A stretch of DNA of 64,000 bases from contig JAMLHJ010000014.1 in NCBI GenBank assembly GCA_023957245.1, positions 16,248-80,247 on the forward strand, read 5' to 3'. The notes under the pieces are model-generated. The model was not told the origin of the DNA, ran no database searches, and worked only from the letters and a program-made list of their open reading frames with translations. Origin of the DNA: Chitinophagales bacterium. GTDB taxonomy: Bacteria > Bacteroidota > Bacteroidia > Chitinophagales > JADIYW01. A program made the translations under genes and the position numbers. Of this stretch, positions 57,450 through 64,000 are shown piece after piece (positions within the stretch are counted from its first letter, which is position 1; each line of letters begins with the position of its first letter).

Positions 57450-58085
57450 ATGCAAGAACATTCACTAAATATCACTCGTACAGCGAGAATATATACATTA
57501 GGTGAGTTAAGTTCTAGCACTGAATACATTTGGATTGTTCTTCATGGATATGGAATGTTGGCAAAATATTTTATACAGAAATTTGACCAATTAGATTTGA
57601 ATAAAAATTTTATTGTCGCTCCAGAAGGCTTATCTAGGTTTTATAACAGTGATATGAGTGGCCGTGTTGGTGCATCTTGGATGACAAGTGAAGACAGAAT
57701 TAATGAAATTGAGAATTATATTCAATATCTAGACATTGCATTTCAAAACATTATTCCAGCTACTTTTCAAAATAAGAAAATAATAGGGTTGGGATTTTCT
57801 CAAGGAGTTTCTACCCTTTTCAGATGGGCCAATCAAAGCTCAATTTATTTTCATCAACTTATCGCTTGGGCAGGATCTATTCCAATCGAAACAATAGAAA
57901 ATTATCAATTAAAATCTTCTCCTCTGAAAATATATTATAGCCAAGAAGATACTTTTATTTCCATTGAACAGATTAATAAGTACTTATCACTTTTGAAAAA
58001 TAATAATATCGCTTTTACTTATCATGAATATGTCGGAGGCCATAAGCTGATTAAAGAAGAAATTTGTCATTTAATTGATTTTTAA
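57450..58085 (+). CDS. Alpha/beta-hydrolase-fold esterase (phospholipase/carboxylesterase-like)
   Basis: 211 aa with nucleophile elbow GFSQG. Confidence 0.6.
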   Translation: MQEHSLNITRTARIYTLGELSSSTEYIWIVLHGYGMLAKYFIQKFDQLDLNKNFIVAPEGLSRFYNSDMSGRVGASWMTSEDRINEIENYIQYLDIAFQNIIPATFQNKKIIGLGFSQGVSTLFRWANQSSIYFHQLIAWAGSIPIETIENYQLKSSPLKIYYSQEDTFISIEQINKYLSLLKNNNIAFTYHEYVGGHKLIKEEICHLIDF

Positions 58086-58194
58086 AATGGCTTTAGTGGC
58101 ATTTTGGACAAAATTTTAAATTTTAACCAACTTGTTTAACAACGCATTAACAATTTTAAGAAAATCTTGACTTTATCCTTCTTTCATGTGTCCG

Positions 58195-58202
58195 TATCTT
58201 TG
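58195..58202 (+). promoter_or_regulatory. Candidate -7 promoter box (TATCTTTG) for the rlpA-like gene
   Basis: Exact TAnnTTTG, 21 nt upstream of the ATG. Confidence 0.4.
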
Positions 58203-58222
58203 GATATACACAAAAAGAAAAG

Positions 58223-58663
58223 ATGAAACTATTAAAAATCTTACTGTTCTTACTGGTAGCAAATACGCTATCTGTCGAAGCACGGGACAATTTTGAAGGC
58301 ACAGCTTCTTTTTATGCAGACAAATTTGAAGGTAGAAGAACTGCAAACGGAGATACTTATTTGCACAAATATTATACTTGTGCACACAAGACATTGCCAT
58401 TCGGAACTAAGTTAAAAGTCACCAATCTCGCTAACAACGAAAGTGTAATTGTAACAGTAAATGACAGAGGCCCTTATGTAGGCAATCGTTCAATCGATTT
58501 ATCAAAAGCTGCCGCTCAAAAAATTAAAATGGTCAACCAAGGAATAGCAAAAGTATCTATCCAAATTATAGGAAATGATGATGATGCAAAAGAAGCTCCA
58601 GAAGAGTTTGAATTTCCTATTGAAGAAGCAATCGTTCAACTTTCAGACTTAATGAACTTCTAA
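58223..58663 (+). CDS. rlpA: RlpA-family septal ring lytic transglycosylase (DPBB domain)
   Basis: 146 aa. Signal peptide. ASFYADKFEGRRTANGD...VTVNDRGPY. Confidence 0.85.
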   Translation: MKLLKILLFLLVANTLSVEARDNFEGTASFYADKFEGRRTANGDTYLHKYYTCAHKTLPFGTKLKVTNLANNESVIVTVNDRGPYVGNRSIDLSKAAAQKIKMVNQGIAKVSIQIIGNDDDAKEAPEEFEFPIEEAIVQLSDLMNF

Positions 58664-58686
58664 AATAAATTTTAAAAATATCACCC

Positions 58687-58716
58687 ATCCCGACTCCAAA
58701 AGGTCGGGATTTTTTA
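58687..58716 (+). terminator. Rho-independent terminator after rlpA
   Basis: atcccgac / gtcgggat perfect 8-bp stem followed by ttttt. Confidence 0.8.
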
Positions 58717-58801
58717 TTGTGATTACTCAAATACACCCTTAGTATAACTCTACAAATTCACTAAAAAAAGATACAAATAATACCAAAAATAAGTATTTTT
58801 A

Positions 58802-58820
58802 TAGCTACAAATTATAGCTA
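58802..58820. promoter_or_regulatory. TAGCTA-CAAATTA-TAGCTA inverted repeat abutting the start codon of the XRE-S24 gene (candidate operator)
   Basis: 6-7-6 inverted repeat containing TACAAATTATAGC, identical to the 13-mer upstream of dinB. Related words occur at 58751-58760 and 58771-58782. Confidence 0.45.
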
Positions 58821-59590
58821 TGTCATTTTTATCTGACAATATCAGATACTTGAGAATACAACTTGACAATTCTCAACAGAAAACTGCCGATGACCTGAGT
58901 ATCACGCGAGGAAGATATGCCAAATATGAAGACGGAGCATCTGAGCCTCCTTTAGAAATACTTATTAAGATATCTAGATACTTTAATGTCAGTATAGATT
59001 TATTAGTATCCGTTGATCTAAGAAAAATATCTTTGAAAGAAATTTTGACTCTGGCAGATAATCGTATTTTACTTCCCATTCAGGTTAATCATTTAGGCGA
59101 AACCACTATAGAGATTGTTCCACTCAAAGCCTCTATGGGTTATCTCAATGGATATAGTGACCCTGAGTATATCGAGAACTTAGATACAATGTCCCTACCC
59201 TTCCTTAGTATTGGCAAATATCGAGCTTTCCCTGCTATCGGAGACTCTATGCCTCCACATAAAGACGGTTCGTATATTATTGGAAGATATATTGAAGACA
59301 CTCGTGAACTGAAAGCCAATAAGAGTTACATCTTTATCACTCGTAATGAAGGAATTACCTACAAAAGATTATCAAAAATTTTAGAAGAATCAATCATAGT
59401 CAAAGCTGACAATCCTATTTATGAGGCATACTCCATCGTGCATTCAGATATTTTTGAAATTTGGGAATATGCATGTAGTATTGCCACAAAAGAGTTTACT
59501 CAAGATGATTTCCAATTGGACAATCAGATCATCATCAATATGTTCAAAGAGTTGAAAGATCGTATTAGTGAGTTGCACCAACAACAATAA
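58820..59590 (+). CDS. XRE-type HTH / S24 peptidase repressor (non-canonical LexA-like or CI-like)
   Basis: 256 aa. N-terminal HTH_XRE (QQKTADDLSITRGRYAKYEDGASEPPLEILIKISRYFNVSIDLL). C-terminal S24 domain with AIGDSM (Ser nucleophile) and ITYKRL (Lys). Confidence 0.8.
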   Translation: MSFLSDNIRYLRIQLDNSQQKTADDLSITRGRYAKYEDGASEPPLEILIKISRYFNVSIDLLVSVDLRKISLKEILTLADNRILLPIQVNHLGETTIEIVPLKASMGYLNGYSDPEYIENLDTMSLPFLSIGKYRAFPAIGDSMPPHKDGSYIIGRYIEDTRELKANKSYIFITRNEGITYKRLSKILEESIIVKADNPIYEAYSIVHSDIFEIWEYACSIATKEFTQDDFQLDNQIIINMFKELKDRISELHQQQ

Positions 59591-59608
59591 GACAACTTCT
59601 TTCTGTTA

Positions 59609-60376
59609 TTACAAATCTTTTTTATCAAATTTTCTTACAGAAAAATATAAAGGCAATACCATCCACAACAAGAGTACAACAAACGAGATTATCGAACCGA
59701 TATTACCTGCAAAACTCTGCTTAAAAACAGCACTAGTAGCTCCCATCAATGCAGATACATCCATCTTCAAAAGCGAGATTATCCTCACCAAATCTATTGG
59801 ATTTAAAATACTCAATCCAATAATTAATTTTTCAAGCGGGTACTCCAAAAGTTGAAATAAAACGAACAGCACAACTCCATCAAACAATAAGGAGAAATAC
59901 AACCAAATCAATAGTGCAACACCGATTCCTTTTGTTTTATCTTTGATATATACAGAGGAAAACATAGATACGGACACAAAAATCACCGAGAGTAATAGCC
60001 CAGTTATTATCATTGTTATTCCTACACTATTGGCAGAAAACAACAAAATAGGGATACCACATCCAATAAAAAATGCGATTGCCAAAGCAGAAGCAAGTCC
60101 AATAAAAAAACTCAGCCATAAAGATTTTCTTCGAATAGGTTGAGCTGCTAGAAGCTCAATAAATTCAGACGAATTATAAATATAAATCGTAGAAAACATG
60201 ACACTAATTAACGGAACTAATATTAAGTTCAAAGTCAATAAGCTCATTAAACTTTTCTCTGGTACTTCTTCCATCAAAAATAAACCCATTGAAAAAACAA
60301 ATAAAAACAGCATATAAGCTATCACTATCTTATTTCTCAAAATATCAAAAGCTACATATTTTACAACCTTTTTCAT
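59609..60376 (-). CDS. nosY: ABC-2-type permease NosY
   Basis: 255 aa with 6 TM segments, directly downstream of nosF in the nos cluster. Confidence 0.8.
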   Translation of the reverse strand: MKKVVKYVAFDILRNKIVIAYMLFLFVFSMGLFLMEEVPEKSLMSLLTLNLILVPLISVMFSTIYIYNSSEFIELLAAQPIRRKSLWLSFFIGLASALAIAFFIGCGIPILLFSANSVGITMIITGLLLSVIFVSVSMFSSVYIKDKTKGIGVALLIWLYFSLLFDGVVLFVLFQLLEYPLEKLIIGLSILNPIDLVRIISLLKMDVSALMGATSAVFKQSFAGNIGSIISFVVLLLWMVLPLYFSVRKFDKKDL

Positions 60377-60379
60377 TCG

Positions 60380-61096
60380 TTATCCTCTTTTATCGACATT
60401 CATAATTGCAGCGATTGCTTCAGTCAATTTCTCTTTACCCGTATCAGCTTTCACTTGTGCAAGTGGCTTGTTAAAAATAATTTTACCTTCCTCCATGTAC
60501 ACTATTTGATTGACAATATCATCTAGTTCACTCAAAATATGAGATGTAATTAAAATGATTTTACCTTTCTGCTTTTCTTTAATAATTTTCTCTCTCAAAA
60601 TTAAAGCTGACAAAGGATCTAAGCCAGCTGTAGGTTCATCTAAGACCAAGACTTGTGGATGAAATAAAAAAGCCAAATAAGCACTCACCTTCTGCCTTGT
60701 TCCTCCAGATAAAGCACCCATCCTTTTGTAGAGAATATCTTTTAACTTATAACTTTCATAGAGTTCTCTATCTAAATCTTTATGAGCAACATTACGCAAA
60801 TCTTCAATCATTCCTATCACTTGACCGACAGTCATATTCTCAGGATATTTTCCTATTTGCGGCATATATCCAATATAATTTCTATAATTCCAGTCATTTT
60901 TAATAGATTTCCCTTGATAAAAAATCTCACCAGAATCTGGAATTACCATTCCTAATAAAGTCTTAATTAATGTCGTCTTACCACAAGCATTAGGGCCGAT
61001 TAGCGCAATAATATTGCCCTCTTCAAATTGAAGTTCAATATTATTCAAGACCTTAAATTGGTCAAACTGTTTATTGATATTTGAAAACTGTATCAT
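60380..61096 (-). CDS. nosF: ABC transporter ATP-binding protein NosF
   Basis: Walker A GPNACGKTT, signature LSGGTRQK, Walker B LVLDEPTAGLD. Confidence 0.88.
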   Translation of the reverse strand: MIQFSNINKQFDQFKVLNNIELQFEEGNIIALIGPNACGKTTLIKTLLGMVIPDSGEIFYQGKSIKNDWNYRNYIGYMPQIGKYPENMTVGQVIGMIEDLRNVAHKDLDRELYESYKLKDILYKRMGALSGGTRQKVSAYLAFLFHPQVLVLDEPTAGLDPLSALILREKIIKEKQKGKIILITSHILSELDDIVNQIVYMEEGKIIFNKPLAQVKADTGKEKLTEAIAAIMNVDKRG

Positions 61097-62354
61097 TTAC
61101 CGAATGCTTTATTTTTCTCATGATTGGAGCTGTGTCTTTCAAATTTTCTGGCGTCAAACTAGGAAAGACACTTTCTGCCTTATCCATTAATTTAACAAAA
61201 AAACTTCTAAATAACATCAATGCACCAGGATTGCGTTCTATGATTAAGGAATAAAATGTAATAGGTCGGTACGGAACATCTCCTACTCCGTCTTTATTCA
61301 AATCGTAACCTTCATATTTATCCCAATAGTTGCCATCCATTGATTTCATAACCAAATTTCCATTGGTTGCCAAGTCAAATGTATTGGCTATAAAATTATT
61401 TTTATTCAATTCTACATCTGAACAACTTGCCTGAATCTTCAATGCCCAACCATTTTTTGTAAATTGATTATTGAATATCTGGATTCTATTGGCACCATCA
61501 GCAAGTATAGCAATTGTATTTTCTTGAAAGATATTATTTTCAATTTTACTATCATCAATTTCCTTTAAAAGAACACCATAGGCTGCATTGCCCCAATTCT
61601 CAGCAAAAAGATTATTAATCATGTGTACACGTTTGCTATACATCACAGCAACTCCAGCACCATTTCCTCTAAATTCATTTTTCTTATATAGGTTGTCATG
61701 TGAGAACATGAAATGAAGACCATATCTTTTATTTCCCACACTATGATTATTTTCAATTGTAGATTGAGTGACAAACTCAAAATATATTCCATCACGATGA
61801 CCTTTTACAGTGTTATTTTTAAGTGTAAGGTGATTACTCTTCCAACAATGAATACCATTAGAGGAAGGTTTACCTTTGGTCATTCCAGAAATTAATTCGT
61901 TATTGAGATACGATATATAACTAGAATTTATCGTGTGAATACCAAAAAAATTATTTTCAAACACACAGTTTTCAATCACTATATTCTTTGAGTTTTTAAT
62001 CTTTAAAGCAGCTATATCTGTAAAACTTGAGCTACCAGAATTTTTAAAGACTATGCCTTGAATTCTTACATTGTCATGTTCGACTAAAAGATTTTCAAAC
62101 TTATTCTGTCCATCTATCACTGGAGTTCCTTCACCAATAATAGTGATACCCTTTTTGAGAATCATAGCTCCTTCTTGATAAACACCAGATTGAACAATCA
62201 GAGTATCTCCATTTTGAGCTATTTCAAATGCATTAGAAATTACCTTTTCTTGACCTTTAGGCGACACCACTATTGTAGCAGCATTTCCCAATGATACTAT
62301 CAAGAATAAAAATGATAATAATAAACCTATTTTGAATTCAAAAACTCTTCCCAT
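61071..62354 (-). CDS. nosD: Nitrous-oxide reductase maturation protein NosD (periplasmic beta-helix)
   Basis: 427 aa. Signal peptide. Repeated parallel beta-helix units (NxxIxxN, GIHxxxS patterns). Confidence 0.85.
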   Translation of the reverse strand: MGRVFEFKIGLLLSFLFLIVSLGNAATIVVSPKGQEKVISNAFEIAQNGDTLIVQSGVYQEGAMILKKGITIIGEGTPVIDGQNKFENLLVEHDNVRIQGIVFKNSGSSSFTDIAALKIKNSKNIVIENCVFENNFFGIHTINSSYISYLNNELISGMTKGKPSSNGIHCWKSNHLTLKNNTVKGHRDGIYFEFVTQSTIENNHSVGNKRYGLHFMFSHDNLYKKNEFRGNGAGVAVMYSKRVHMINNLFAENWGNAAYGVLLKEIDDSKIENNIFQENTIAILADGANRIQIFNNQFTKNGWALKIQASCSDVELNKNNFIANTFDLATNGNLVMKSMDGNYWDKYEGYDLNKDGVGDVPYRPITFYSLIIERNPGALMLFRSFFVKLMDKAESVFPSLTPENLKDTAPIMRKIKHSVNDTVFKYQ

Positions 62355-62764
62355 TGTATTTCATTCCCCAAAGATGTCGAACGATAAGATTCCAAACTGT
62401 CTTTCACACCAAATGATGCTATATTAGATCCCATAGGGCTTTGAATTTGGTCATTGTGAAGGAAAAAAGAACTTTTGATTTCTATTAACTTTTCAGGAAT
62501 AGAAAAATCTATTGCCCATAAAGAATGAATATCTTTCGATTCAACTATATTTTCTTCCATAAAACCTTTGATACAATGTAGGTCATCAAACTTATAAACT
62601 CTACCCTTATTTGTCACCAATTCTGCACCATATCTATTATCACTAATCGTCATTTTGCAATAATCGCAATCTTCTTCATCGAAATGAATAGCGTGAGGCT
62701 TGGGTTGGCATGCACTCAACAAGAAAAAAACAGATACAAATAAAAACAAACTAAGCCCTCTCAT
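62327..62764 (-). CDS. nosL: NosL copper-chaperone lipoprotein
   Basis: 145 aa. Lipobox LLSAC and the CDYCKM motif. Confidence 0.8.
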   Translation of the reverse strand: MRGLSLFLFVSVFFLLSACQPKPHAIHFDEEDCDYCKMTISDNRYGAELVTNKGRVYKFDDLHCIKGFMEENIVESKDIHSLWAIDFSIPEKLIEIKSSFFLHNDQIQSPMGSNIASFGVKDSLESYRSTSLGNEIQWEEFLNSK

Positions 62765-62773
62765 AAAACAATA

Positions 62774-63367
62774 CTATGATTTTTTTGATGCCAAAAATTC
62801 ACTTACAAAAACTGCTGCCATCATCACTCCTACTCCTGCCATCAACCATCCGCCAATATCAGGGATAGAATAAGCTCCAAAATTTAGCAACTGTTTGAAC
62901 CCAATCAATGGTGGCTGATATGTCATACCCGGCACTTGAATGGGTGCTTTTGGGTCAAGATTATGTCCATAATCATAAAGCCATTTATAGAAATCTACCA
63001 TTGACAAAACTCCAAATAAAACAAATCCTATTAACCAAGAATAAAAGAACCATCTTTTATTTACAAATGCTACCAATAATGCCCAAATTGCAAAAAAACC
63101 TAAGATATACGGCAGAACAGTAAACTCAATAAAATTCTCAGCATGTAATTCTTGCATACCAATATAATGATTAAGACCATTAATAATCTCAACATCTCCA
63201 GCCAATTTATTGGCATGAATATACATTTCTAATCCCTCTGGATATTGCGGAGCATCTAACTCTATTCTCCATATCGGGATAATTATTACTATCGCTAAGG
63301 CTATTCCAGAAATAACAGCTGCTATTCTAGTAATACCTCTTAAAGCAGATTGACTAGACAAACTCAT
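62774..63367 (-). CDS. Four-TM membrane protein immediately downstream of nosZ (NosB-like position in clade II clusters)
   Basis: 197 aa with four hydrophobic segments. Assignment rests on gene position and topology only. Confidence 0.5.
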   Translation of the reverse strand: MSLSSQSALRGITRIAAVISGIALAIVIIIPIWRIELDAPQYPEGLEMYIHANKLAGDVEIINGLNHYIGMQELHAENFIEFTVLPYILGFFAIWALLVAFVNKRWFFYSWLIGFVLFGVLSMVDFYKWLYDYGHNLDPKAPIQVPGMTYQPPLIGFKQLLNFGAYSIPDIGGWLMAGVGVMMAAVFVSEFLASKKS

Positions 63368-63387
63368 AAATAAATTTTTATTTAATA

Positions 63388-63412
63388 ATGGGCTACTCTA
63401 TGCGAGTAGCCC
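63388..63412 (-). promoter_or_regulatory. Intercistronic hairpin between nosZ and the downstream membrane-protein gene
   Basis: tgggctactc / gagtagccca perfect 10-bp stem with a 5-nt loop. Confidence 0.5.
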
Positions 63413-63433
63413 ACTCAATTTACAATAAATATC

Positions 63434-63997
63434 TTATTTTTTTGCTCCTGGAGCAGTATCTCCTGTACCATAAGCCAATGGCACGTTGCTACCAGCAGGA
63501 GAAACTCTTACATACCCTTGCATTTCTTGGTGTAATGCACTACAGAAGTCAGTACAATAGAATGGAATAATACCTACTCTATTTGGCACCCATTTCAAAG
63601 TTTTTGTTTCACCAGGAAGGATAAGCAATTCAGCGTTATTATTACCTTTTACAGAAAATCCGTGAGGTAAATCCCAGTCTTGCTCTAAATTAGTAATATG
63701 GAAATATACTTCATCACCGATTTTGATTCCTTCAATATTATCAGGAGTGATATGAGTTCTTACTAATGTCATATAGACATGAACTTTATTTCCTTCTCTG
63801 ACAATTTTAGTTTTGTCTTCACCTTTAGCTACATATTTATGACTGTTCTTATTGATATCATAAATACGTTTTTGTTTGTCTTTAATCAAACTAGCAGGAA
63901 TAATCTGTGCATAGTGTGGTTCTCCAATAGTAGGGAAATCCAATAATAATTGCATTTTTTCACCACTAATATCAAATAATTGAGCACTTTGAGTCAA
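63434..63997 (-). CDS. nosZ: Nitrous-oxide reductase NosZ, C-terminal part (5' end lies beyond the window)
   Basis: CuA-site motif FYCTDFCSALHQEMQG within a cupredoxin-like C-terminal domain. The ORF runs off the window edge. Confidence 0.9.
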   Translation of the reverse strand: MTQSAQLFDISGEKMQLLLDFPTIGEPHYAQIIPASLIKDKQKRIYDINKNSHKYVAKGEDKTKIVREGNKVHVYMTLVRTHITPDNIEGIKIGDEVYFHITNLEQDWDLPHGFSVKGNNNAELLILPGETKTLKWVPNRVGIIPFYCTDFCSALHQEMQGYVRVSPAGSNVPLAYGTGDTAPGAKK

Positions 63998-64000
63998 TTC

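Noticed and set aside
58084-58105. Possible terminator hairpin after the esterase gene (aaaatggctttagtggcatttt).
   Set aside because: The stem has only about 6 mostly A-T pairs with an internal mismatch, so it is not convincing.
1-64000. Scanned intergenic regions for tRNA, rRNA, tmRNA, RNase P, SRP RNA, integrase or att sites, prophage blocks and restriction-modification or other known defence operons.
   Set aside because: No T-loop (GGTTCGAATCC-like) or other conserved RNA cores were seen. No integrase, recombinase or phage structural genes are present. Apart from ParDE and the nuclease-helicase, no defence-type gene signatures were recognised.

Overview
AT-rich (about one-third G+C by eye) chromosomal segment with Bacteroidota hallmarks: a T9SS C-terminal sorting domain, exact TAnnTTTG -7 boxes upstream of several genes, a GYDIA-type GHMP kinase and a clade II-style nos cluster. 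No rRNA, tRNA or CRISPR array was seen. Most of the window is housekeeping. This includes a malic enzyme, dapA, a mevalonate sub-cluster (fni, HMG-CoA reductase, GYDIA kinase), a TPP riboswitch with a TonB-dependent receptor, argB with an argE-like gene, grpE-dnaJ, recR, pyrR-pyrB, meaB, proS, asnA, rpsP-rimM-trmD-rplS, a lipid module (DAG-kinase-like, PlsB-like acyltransferase, gpsA) and nosZ-B-L-D-F-Y. Spots worth a second look:
1. A tight five-gene operon at 21.9-25.0 kb. It has a VTC polyphosphate-polymerase-domain protein, a DUF4956 membrane protein, a DUF2490 barrel, a lipoprotein and a TlpA-like thioredoxin. It looks like an uncharacterised envelope-spanning polyphosphate system.
2. A ParDE toxin-antitoxin pair at 27.3-28.9 kb, bracketed by two direct copies of a decayed IS200-like Y1 transposase fragment with REP-like hairpins.
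3. A dinB-dnaE2 mutagenesis cassette whose upstream region shares an exact 13-mer with the start region of an XRE-S24 (non-canonical LexA-like) repressor gene 14 kb away.
4. An aromatic/Asn/Gly/Ser-rich low-complexity lipoprotein co-transcribed with a FadL-like outer-membrane barrel.
5. A Dna2/Nhi-like nuclease-helicase.
All calls rest on manual motif reading. No database search was run.
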